The notes under the pieces were generated by a model. That model made no database searches, was not told the DNA's origin, and saw only the letters and a program-made list of their open reading frames with translations. A program made the position numbers and the translations under genes. This document shows positions 8,713 through 16,114 of a stretch of DNA of 29,244 nucleotides, piece by piece. Source of the DNA: Alphaproteobacteria bacterium (GTDB lineage Bacteria > Pseudomonadota > Alphaproteobacteria > Micavibrionales > Micavibrionaceae); the NCBI GenBank assembly GCA_030639165.1, contig DAOWDF010000114.1:1-29244 (forward strand), in the 5' to 3' direction. Numbering within the stretch: the first letter of the stretch is position 1; the number at the start of each line of letters is the position of its first letter.

Positions 8713-10125
8713 CTATTTCTCAACTTCACTTGGCTTATTTAAAGACCAGTCATAATTTAAATATTGTAACTTCACTTGCTTATTGAGGGAGATATAAGAT
8801 TGCAGCCATCCTTTAACATCGCCGCCATTAAAATCTGCCTCAAACCACTTAAAAATCTTACTGATCTTAATGTTATTCCCATTTAAACTCAGCCCCTTCC
8901 CCTCATTTCCAAGCGTAAGTAAAACCTGTTCTTCTAGCTGCTTATCAAGTATTTCACTTCGGTAAGCCTCCCCGCGCAGATCAGGGCAAGATATAGATGC
9001 ACAGTTAATTGCAAAATGTATCCGCGCATCGCCCATAGGACGCAATATTTCATGCTCTATATAATTTAGAGTATAGCTCTTACCGCCAATTTTCCAGCTA
9101 TGCTTTTTCCATGGGCTTGTAAACATGGAGCCAAGATTCTTGATAGTCTCACGCTCATTTTCACGAACAATAAGATCAATGGTAAGAAAATTATAAGCAT
9201 TAATCCAAAATGCCATATCACCGCCATTTTCTGCCTGCAAAATCTTCAAAGCCTCGCCATGACGCTTATCCTCTGCCCAGCCATCATAATCAACAGCCAT
9301 ATATTGCTTATTCACAAAAGCCGAACTATTCGGCGATACATAGCTTTGCAATAAACCATCATAAAGAGTTGAAAATCGATCATAATTATCACTAGCCATT
9401 ACATTCGGTGACATAACCATAAGCGCGGCAACCACCATCGCCACAGATTTTCTTCTGCCCTTAATCTTCTTATAAATCATAGGTATAAGCGCAAATAACC
9501 CCAGCAATGTAAATGCCATTAATGTTTGCGGCGATGCTAAATCACCCAAAGAATCAATAGTGCCAAGCTCTCTACCAACATTCGCATAAACAAAAGTCCC
9601 AGGGATAATTCCAATCATAGTTGTCAGCACATAAGGGATAAGTCGCACATTAAATAACGCTGGCACAATATTAACTAGGAAGAACGGGAATAGCGGCACA
9701 AGGCGCATAAACAACATATAGCTAATTGCGTTCTCTTCCATATTCGCCGCAACTTTATCATATAAAGAACCGCATTTATCACGCAACGTCTCGCCCAAGG
9801 CGCTGCGTGCTATCAGGAATAATATGGTTGCACCTAAAGTTGCTCCCGTAACTATAGCCACTGTACCAAGCAAGCTTCCGAACAAGAAACCACCAAGCAA
9901 TGTCAGCACCGTTGCAACCGGAAGCGACAAAGCCACAGCGCCTGCATATATCGCAACAAACGCCAAAACGCTCAATACAGGATGCGCCTCTACTAGGCTC
10001 AAAAGCTCTCCCCGCTGCTGCTTTATTGCATCAAGACTTACCAGCTCCATGAGGCCAGAGGCCCAAGCACTCGCGATCATTCCTATAATAATAACCAAAG
10101 GCAGCCAGCATTTTATAACTTTCAT
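8713..10125 (-). CDS. TVP38/TMEM64 (VTT, DedA superfamily) membrane domain fused to DUF547 domain
   Basis: VTT motifs LTLLGGFLFG and RLVPLFPFFLVN, then DUF547 motifs AFWINAYN, LNYIEHEILR, RIHFAINCASISCPDL, YDWSLN. Start moved from 10197 to ATG 10125 (GGAAAGAG RBS; the longer start overlaps the promoter). Confidence 0.82.
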   Translation of the reverse strand: MKVIKCWLPLVIIIGMIASAWASGLMELVSLDAIKQQRGELLSLVEAHPVLSVLAFVAIYAGAVALSLPVATVLTLLGGFLFGSLLGTVAIVTGATLGATILFLIARSALGETLRDKCGSLYDKVAANMEENAISYMLFMRLVPLFPFFLVNIVPALFNVRLIPYVLTTMIGIIPGTFVYANVGRELGTIDSLGDLASPQTLMAFTLLGLFALIPMIYKKIKGRRKSVAMVVAALMVMSPNVMASDNYDRFSTLYDGLLQSYVSPNSSAFVNKQYMAVDYDGWAEDKRHGEALKILQAENGGDMAFWINAYNFLTIDLIVRENERETIKNLGSMFTSPWKKHSWKIGGKSYTLNYIEHEILRPMGDARIHFAINCASISCPDLRGEAYRSEILDKQLEEQVLLTLGNEGKGLSLNGNNIKISKIFKWFEADFNGGDVKGWLQSYISLNKQVKLQYLNYDWSLNKPSEVEK

Positions 10126-10162
10126 TTTTCTACTCTTTCCAAAATAATCTGTTATGATCACA

Positions 10163-10189
10163 TTCGCTGCTCTACAAACATAGTTACAA
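10163..10189 (-). promoter_or_regulatory. ECF-type promoter 1 (left arm)
   Basis: Minus strand TTGTAAC (10189-10183), N16, CGAA (10166-10163), 37 nt before ATG 10125. Confidence 0.7.
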
Positions 10190-10196
10190 AAAACCA

Positions 10197-10224
10197 TTGT
10201 AACCTTGCCTTATAATTTTGCGAA
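10197..10224 (+). promoter_or_regulatory. ECF-type promoter 2 (right arm)
   Basis: TTGTAACC (10197-10204), N16, CGAA (10221-10224), 36 nt before ATG 10261. Confidence 0.75.
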
Positions 10225-10260
10225 ATACCCTTTATGGAGATATTTATATAAGGAATAATC

Positions 10261-11367
10261 ATGGATCTATCATTAGCATTTATGGCCGCTGGATTGTTAT
10301 TTTTACTATCATTTGCCAATGGCTCCAATGATGTATCAAAAGGTATAGCAACATTAGCTGGATCTGGACTAAGCTCGGTTCGCGGAGCAATTGCATGGGG
10401 AACAATCTGGACAGTTGCCGGCGCATTTTCTGGCCTTTATTGGGGCGGCGCTATAATAAAGAATATCAGCGGCTCAATATATGTCGAAGCCCATGAATTT
10501 TACCTGCCAACAGCTTTAGCCATATCCATTGCACCTATTTTATGGGTAGGGCTAGCTACTTGGCGCAAATGGCCGGTATCCACCACTCACGCAGTTGTTG
10601 GCGGTCTTGTAGGCGCGGGACTAATCGCATACGGAATAACAGGCATTGACTGGCCAACGATCTGGAAGAAAATTGCTTTGCCATTATTGGCTAGCCCATT
10701 TATGGCGATTGGCTTGGCTTGGGTATTATTACCAACATTAGAAAAAACCGCACGCAACATTAATGGCTTGCGTATATGCTTAACCCCTGTGCCAAAATTT
10801 GCATTTGTTAACGCAAGAAACGGCGCGCAAGAGCCATTAGACGATTGCCTTATTTGCAAATGCGATAGCACGCAAGCAGGCTTAACTCACGGAGTATCCC
10901 TTTCAGTAAACCACTTACATTGGCTGACCAGCGGGCTTCTTTCATTTTCACGCGGACTTAATGATACGCCGAAATTAATTGCCATTGTTATGCCCTTTTT
11001 AATGCTGGAACAACTTGTTGCACCCGTTTGGCTATTCACTTTGGGCGCGCTGTCTATGGGCGCAGGTAGCTGGATTGCAGGCCGTAATATAACCGAAGTC
11101 TTAGGGTTTAAAGTTACAAAAATGAACCATGAACAAGGATTTTCTGCTAATTTAGTCTCAGCATTTTTGGTTATAGGAGCTAGCCGTTTTGGCTTGCCCG
11201 TATCGACCACCCACGTATCCTCATCATCAATTATGGGCATTGGGTTATCAAATGGAAAAGGATTGAATATGGCGACAGTTAAATCTATGCTGTTCGCTTG
11301 GGTTGTAACCGCGCCAATCGCAGCCATATTGGCAGCTATAATTTATTTAATCGCAAGTATACTTTAA
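10261..11367 (+). CDS. PiT-family inorganic phosphate/anion transporter
   Basis: Duplicated signature ANGSNDV / RGLNDT, PVSTTHAV and PVSTTHV, multiple TM helices. AAGGA RBS. Confidence 0.85.
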   Translation: MDLSLAFMAAGLLFLLSFANGSNDVSKGIATLAGSGLSSVRGAIAWGTIWTVAGAFSGLYWGGAIIKNISGSIYVEAHEFYLPTALAISIAPILWVGLATWRKWPVSTTHAVVGGLVGAGLIAYGITGIDWPTIWKKIALPLLASPFMAIGLAWVLLPTLEKTARNINGLRICLTPVPKFAFVNARNGAQEPLDDCLICKCDSTQAGLTHGVSLSVNHLHWLTSGLLSFSRGLNDTPKLIAIVMPFLMLEQLVAPVWLFTLGALSMGAGSWIAGRNITEVLGFKVTKMNHEQGFSANLVSAFLVIGASRFGLPVSTTHVSSSSIMGIGLSNGKGLNMATVKSMLFAWVVTAPIAAILAAIIYLIASIL

Positions 11368-11382
11368 AAAGAGAAAACAAAA

Positions 11383-12432
11383 ATGACACAACAAATAATT
11401 GATGACGTTAAAGATTATTACGGACAAATACTTGATACTAAAGATGATTTAAAGACAAGCGCCTGCTGCCCTCTCGAAGCTCCGCCAATGCATGTACGCG
11501 ATTTACTAAAGAATGTGCATGATACCGTGCAGGAAAAATTCTATGGCTGTGGCTCGCCGCTGCCATTAGCTGCGAAGGGCTGCACCGTGCTTGATTTAGG
11601 ATGCGGCACTGGTCGTGATGCCTTTTTACTAAGTCAGATTGTCGGAGAAAATGGCAATGTGATCGGCGTTGATATGACCGATGAGCAACTATCTGTGGCC
11701 AATCAATATCTTGGTTGGCACATGGATAAATTCGGGTTTAACAGACCAAATGTTAAATTCGTTAAGGGCTATATCGAGGATTTAAAAACCGCAGGCATAG
11801 AAGATGAAAGCGTTGATATTGTTATATCTAATTGCGTTATTAACCTCTCCGCCGATAAAGAAAAAACATTTAGCGAGATTTATAGAGTTTTGAAACCTGG
11901 CGGCGAGCTATATTTCTCCGATGTATTCGCAGGCAGGCGCATACCACAAGCCCTACAAATAGATAAAACATTACTAGGCGAGTGCTTGGGCGGAGCGATG
12001 TACACTCATGATTTTCGTCGTATGATGGCAAAAATAGGCATGGCCGATGTGCGCGTCACAGCCAATCGCCAAATGACTTTAGATGATGCAGAAGTCGAAG
12101 CAAAAGCAGGGATGATAGATTTCTATTCCACCACTGTGCGCGCCTTTAAAGTTGATCTAGAAGATATCTGCGAGAATTATGGGCACGTAGCGTATTACAA
12201 AGGAACAATCCCAGAATGCAAGCATAGCTTTACGCTTGACGATCATCACGAGTTCAAAACTGGCATGCCAGTCCCCGTATGCGGCAATACTGCAAACATA
12301 CTAAGCCAGACTAGATTTGCCGAGCATTTCCGCATTGAAGGTGATTTCTCAACTCACTATGGAGAGTTCGATTGTGCATCCCCTAGCCCTACTTCAAACG
12401 ATGAAACTAATTCTGGTGGAGCATGTTGTTAG
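11383..12432 (+). CDS. arsM: Arsenite S-adenosylmethionine methyltransferase, long AS3MT-type
   Basis: DYYG..L....DLKTSACC, KFYGCGSPLP, LDLGCGTGRD, GVDMTDEQL, SNCVINLS, GECLGGA. All four canonical As-binding Cys positions appear present. Ends GGACC. Confidence 0.88.
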   Translation: MTQQIIDDVKDYYGQILDTKDDLKTSACCPLEAPPMHVRDLLKNVHDTVQEKFYGCGSPLPLAAKGCTVLDLGCGTGRDAFLLSQIVGENGNVIGVDMTDEQLSVANQYLGWHMDKFGFNRPNVKFVKGYIEDLKTAGIEDESVDIVISNCVINLSADKEKTFSEIYRVLKPGGELYFSDVFAGRRIPQALQIDKTLLGECLGGAMYTHDFRRMMAKIGMADVRVTANRQMTLDDAEVEAKAGMIDFYSTTVRAFKVDLEDICENYGHVAYYKGTIPECKHSFTLDDHHEFKTGMPVPVCGNTANILSQTRFAEHFRIEGDFSTHYGEFDCASPSPTSNDETNSGGACC

Positions 12433-13010
12433 ATAATGTCAGCATAATAATCCCGACAGCAAGCAATGAAACCAGACTAGGTATATTACTTAATGATTTA
12501 GAGTGCGCTGATGCTGAAATAATAACCTCATCCGGAATTACTAGAGCCAAAAGCATGAACTCTGCCTCAAGCAAAGCTACAAGAGAATATCTATGGTTTT
12601 TGCATGCAGATAGTAGAGTATCATTAGATAATCTAAAGGCTCTTGAAATGTCGTTACAGGAAAATTCAGAATCCCTACGTTATTTTAACCTCGCATTTGA
12701 TGGTGGTTTTGCCACAAATATAAATGCATGGGGAGCAAATATCCGCTCACGAGTTTTTAGCATGCCCTATGGTGATCAAGGTATATGCATCTCTAAAACA
12801 CTATTTGATAAAATCGGCGGCTATCGCGAAGATGTGCCTTATGGAGAGGATCTTATATTTGTATTAACGGCAAAAAACTTTGGGATAAAGCTCCAAAACA
12901 TCCCCTCAAAACTACTCACCAGTTCACGTAAATATAAGCAGCAAGGCTGGCTCAAACTAACAATGATAAGACAATGGCAATTACTTAAACTTTTAAGGAT
13001 TAAGATATGA
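12423..13010 (+). CDS. GT2-fold transferase, TIGR04283-like (arsenosugar-cluster glycosyltransferase)
   Basis: SIIIP start, RA..MN, WFLHADS (DxD-like), PYGDQGICI, GGY.EDVPYGED, TSSRKY. Overlaps arsM by 10 nt and the next gene by 4 nt. Confidence 0.8.
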   Translation: MLLDNVSIIIPTASNETRLGILLNDLECADAEIITSSGITRAKSMNSASSKATREYLWFLHADSRVSLDNLKALEMSLQENSESLRYFNLAFDGGFATNINAWGANIRSRVFSMPYGDQGICISKTLFDKIGGYREDVPYGEDLIFVLTAKNFGIKLQNIPSKLLTSSRKYKQQGWLKLTMIRQWQLLKLLRIKI

Positions 13011-13672
13011 GCGCAGCTATTGCTATATTTGTTAAAACCCCTGACCTATCGCCTGTAAAAACACGGCTAGCCGCGACAATAGGCAAAGATAAAGCACTAG
13101 AGTTTTACCAACTTAGCGTCAAGGCTGTTGAGCGCACTATAATAAATACAGAGGCAAAACCCTTTTGGGCTGTAGGAGAAATCGATGGAATAGATAATCC
13201 ATTATGGTCTGAATTTGATAATATATATACTGGTGATGGCTGTTTAGGAGAGCGCCAAAATCATATTTATAGATCCCTACTTAAAACTCATGATAAGGCA
13301 ATTCTTATCGGTGCCGATGCCCCTCAAATTTCCCCTGATATAATAAATAAAGCCATAGCCGCGCTTGATAACAATGATTTTGTCATTGGGGGAGCAAGCG
13401 ATGGCGGTTACTACCTATTTGGCGGAAGAGAGCCAATTGACCCTAATATATGGACTAACACGCCGTGGAGTGATCCCGCCACCCGCGAATGCCTTGCGGC
13501 CGCCCTACCCTCAAAACCTGCGCACCTACCAATATTAACCGATGTTGATACAATAGATAACCTGACATCTATATTGGCTGAAATGCCTGCAAATACTAGC
13601 CCTGAGCAGCAATCCGTAATAAAGTGGGTAACTTCCTTGGAAAATAAAGCGAATGACTGTGCAGGAGGCTAA
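13007..13672 (+). CDS. DUF2064 / TIGR04282-like transferase (CofC/MobA-like fold)
   Basis: IFVKTP...VKTRLA..IG, LGER, LIGADAP, DGGYYL.G, PWS, DVDT..D. ATGA coupling to the upstream gene. Confidence 0.82.
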   Translation: MSAAIAIFVKTPDLSPVKTRLAATIGKDKALEFYQLSVKAVERTIINTEAKPFWAVGEIDGIDNPLWSEFDNIYTGDGCLGERQNHIYRSLLKTHDKAILIGADAPQISPDIINKAIAALDNNDFVIGGASDGGYYLFGGREPIDPNIWTNTPWSDPATRECLAAALPSKPAHLPILTDVDTIDNLTSILAEMPANTSPEQQSVIKWVTSLENKANDCAGG

Positions 13673-13675
13673 TTT

Positions 13676-14164
13676 ATGGGTAAAAATTTAAACCGCAGAA
13701 ATTTTATAATAGGATTATTAACTACTGGATTTATAATAGCGACAAGCGCTGGAAAGGTTTTAGCGGCCATGACAGAAAAACTGGTTTTAAGCGATGAAGA
13801 ATGGCAAAAACGCCTAAGCGATGAACAATTTCAGGTTCTACGCAAGGAAGCTACAGAAAGGCCTTTCACCAGCCCCCTCAACAAGGAGAAACGCGACGGA
13901 GTGTTTCATTGCTCAGGCTGTGACTTGGAGCTGTTTACCTCGGATCAAAAATTTGATAGCGGCACAGGGTGGCCTAGCTTTTTCGATGGCTTCAAAGACC
14001 ATATAGAAACCAGAGCAGATTATAAAATGTTCTACCCGCGCACCGAATACCATTGCGCGCGCTGTGGCGGCCATCAAGGGCATATATTTAAGGATGGCCC
14101 AAAACCGACAGGCCTGCGCTACTGCAATAATGGTGTAGCCTTAAATTTCAAGAAAAAGGGGTAA
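13676..14164 (+). CDS. msrB: Peptide-methionine (R)-S-oxide reductase with Tat signal peptide
   Basis: GTERPF-like ATERPFTS, Zn ligands CSGC and CARC, KFDSGTGWPSF, GHQGHIF.DGP, RYCNNG. N-terminal NRRNFIIG twin-arginine signal. Confidence 0.93.
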   Translation: MGKNLNRRNFIIGLLTTGFIIATSAGKVLAAMTEKLVLSDEEWQKRLSDEQFQVLRKEATERPFTSPLNKEKRDGVFHCSGCDLELFTSDQKFDSGTGWPSFFDGFKDHIETRADYKMFYPRTEYHCARCGGHQGHIFKDGPKPTGLRYCNNGVALNFKKKG

Positions 14165-14171
14165 GGTTGCA

Positions 14172-14750
14172 ATGCGTTTATTACTTATTTTAATTATGGG
14201 GGTGTTCATGTCTATAGAAGCCAAAGCTAATACTCAAGAAACAGCCATTGTCGCAGGCGGCTGCTTCTGGTGCGTAGAATCCGACTTTGATAAGCTGGAC
14301 GGAGTAACATCTACCGTTTCAGGATATATCGGCGGCAGCGCAGAAGACGCAGATTATAAAAAAGTATCACATGGCGGCACAAATCATTACGAAGCGGTTA
14401 AAATAACATTCGACCCCGCGCGCATTAGCTATAAAGAGCTAATGGATTATTTTTGGAAACATATTGATCCGCTTGATACAAATGGACAATTTTGTGATAA
14501 GGGATCGCAATATCGCGCGGGCATATTCTATATAAATGATGAGCAAGAACAAATTGCTATAAAGTCAAAAGAAACCGCCGCAAAGCTACTAGGCAAAAAA
14601 ATTGTAACTGAAATTCTACCAGCAGATACCTTCTATGACGCAGAAGATTACCACCAAGATTATCATGAAACCCACCCCTTCCGCTATAAATTATATCGCG
14701 GAGGCTGTGGTCGCGACAAACGGGTAAATGCACTATGGGGCAATAAATAA
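14172..14750 (+). CDS. msrA: Peptide-methionine (S)-S-oxide reductase with Sec signal peptide
   Basis: AGGCFWCVE, GYIGG, HYEAV, GSQYRAGIF, AEDYHQDY, resolving Cys in GGCGRD. Signal peptide ending EAKA-N. Confidence 0.93.
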   Translation: MRLLLILIMGVFMSIEAKANTQETAIVAGGCFWCVESDFDKLDGVTSTVSGYIGGSAEDADYKKVSHGGTNHYEAVKITFDPARISYKELMDYFWKHIDPLDTNGQFCDKGSQYRAGIFYINDEQEQIAIKSKETAAKLLGKKIVTEILPADTFYDAEDYHQDYHETHPFRYKLYRGGCGRDKRVNALWGNK

Positions 14751-15166
14751 TGAATATATTATTTCTCTGCACCGGTAACTCTGCGCGCTCTATTTTAGGC
14801 GAGGTCATATGCAATGAATTATTAGCAGGACAAGGCATCGCCTATAGTGCAGGCAGCAAGCCAGTGGGAGAGGTAAATCCTGCTGCTATTATTACGCTAA
14901 AAAATCATGGCAACTCAACACACGGCTTATATAGCAAAAACATTGATGAGTTCACCAAGAGCAGTGCGCCAAAGATTGATCTACTGATCAGCGTTTGTGA
15001 TAATGCAGCGAGTGACTGCCCTGTTTGGCTAGGAAATGGAGAGCCAAAACGCCTCCACTGGCCAATGGCTGACCCCGCCAGCGTAACAGGCCTAACCGAA
15101 AAAGCAGCAGCCTTTGAAGATACTTACCAAATATTAAAATCAAAGCTTAGCGAGCTTTTAAGCTGA
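14750..15166 (+). CDS. arsC: Arsenate reductase, thioredoxin-coupled LMW-PTP fold
   Basis: P-loop CTGNSARS, YSAGSKP, resolving pair VCDNAASDC (CX6C), HWPMADP. 1-nt overlap with msrA. Confidence 0.85.
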   Translation: MNILFLCTGNSARSILGEVICNELLAGQGIAYSAGSKPVGEVNPAAIITLKNHGNSTHGLYSKNIDEFTKSSAPKIDLLISVCDNAASDCPVWLGNGEPKRLHWPMADPASVTGLTEKAAAFEDTYQILKSKLSELLS

Positions 15167-16078
15167 ACATGATCCGCCACCAAGAACGCAGAATTTAGCG
15201 CAATGCGGATGGTTTAAATACACAGCTCTCGATGCCTCTTTTAGAGTAGACCCCATATTGAATTGCTGATCATAGGCGAGCAAGGTACAAGCCTGAACTG
15301 ATGGTTTATCATCGCCCTTGCGCTTTACCACCATGCGCGAGCTACTACACATCATATCATCAGGATTAACGCCCAGTATATCCCAACACGCCGTAGTTAT
15401 TTCAGGAACATCTATATTTCCTTCCATCTCGGGGAATAACATTAACTGCTTTTGATCATGGGCGTTGATTTTAATATTATGCTCTTTAAAAAACGCAGCA
15501 AAGCCATCTCGCAACTCTGCCTCATCTTCTCCCCAGCGAGTGCGCCCCGCTATATCTATATTAAAACCATTGTCAGAAAGCCACTTTATACCCAGCATCA
15601 TCGGCTTCCATGATTTATCCCCGCGCTCTTCCTCGTGCAATTCTTGCTTAAAATTATCGATAGAAACACGTAATGTCATTTGATCGCCATACTCGCCCTT
15701 AAGGCGCAATAACTCCCCCTCGCACTTCATCATAGGGCGCATAGCATTGGTAAGAACCAGCAGTTTAAAACCGCGCTTGAGGCTCTCCTCCATTATTCTA
15801 ATAATATCAGGATTCATAAATGGCTCACCGCCAGTTATTCCAATCTCTTCAACCGCAATATTATCCTGCTTGATCTCATCCAAATATTCCAAAGCTTCGG
15901 CAAATGTCAAATAAACAAGAGCATCATTCTTCGGCGTAGACTCTATATAGCAATTAGCGCACGCTAAATTGCACAGCGTCCCAGTATTAAACCACAACGT
16001 CTTAAGCGCGGTTAAATCCACCCATGCACGCTTCTCACCATTTGATGTGATACGGGAATTAATAAATTTTTCTTTCAT
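15158..16078 (-). CDS. Radical SAM protein related to ArsS, with Cys-rich C-terminus
   Basis: CX3CX2C in GTLCNLACANCYIESTP, ITGGEPF, VLTNA, RVSID. Extra C-terminal Cys (TACW, MMCS, QAC, HPHCAKFC...SCS). Start moved from 16129 to ATG 16078. Confidence 0.85.
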   Translation of the reverse strand: MKEKFINSRITSNGEKRAWVDLTALKTLWFNTGTLCNLACANCYIESTPKNDALVYLTFAEALEYLDEIKQDNIAVEEIGITGGEPFMNPDIIRIMEESLKRGFKLLVLTNAMRPMMKCEGELLRLKGEYGDQMTLRVSIDNFKQELHEEERGDKSWKPMMLGIKWLSDNGFNIDIAGRTRWGEDEAELRDGFAAFFKEHNIKINAHDQKQLMLFPEMEGNIDVPEITTACWDILGVNPDDMMCSSSRMVVKRKGDDKPSVQACTLLAYDQQFNMGSTLKEASRAVYLNHPHCAKFCVLGGGSCSA

Positions 16079-16114
16079 GAAATAAACTCTATTATTTAAC
16101 CATCTACACCAGAG

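Noticed and set aside
10126-10197. Longer ORF-track starts (10197, 16129, 2299, 2347, 26497)
   Set aside because: The extensions lack an RBS, overlap promoter motifs or neighbouring genes, or precede an obvious signal peptide; downstream ATGs fit better.
10183-10203. Palindrome read as an ArsR operator
   Set aside because: No arsR in the window. Each half is better explained as an ECF -35 with its own CGAA, and a lone half recurs at 16136-16142 with the same geometry.
8763-14610. Other TTGTAAC/GTTACAA heptamers (about 8764, 11113, 11303, 14602; also 25440)
   Set aside because: All lie inside coding sequence and lack CGAA at 16-17 nt spacing.
15158-16078. Assigning the symbol arsS
   Set aside because: The N-terminal motif is similar but the C-terminal region differs; needs an HMM score.
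10261-16078. Selenocysteine (UGA) recoding in ArsM, Msr, ArsC or rSAM
   Set aside because: All catalytic positions are ordinary Cys codons in open frames. TGA stops fall at natural protein ends.
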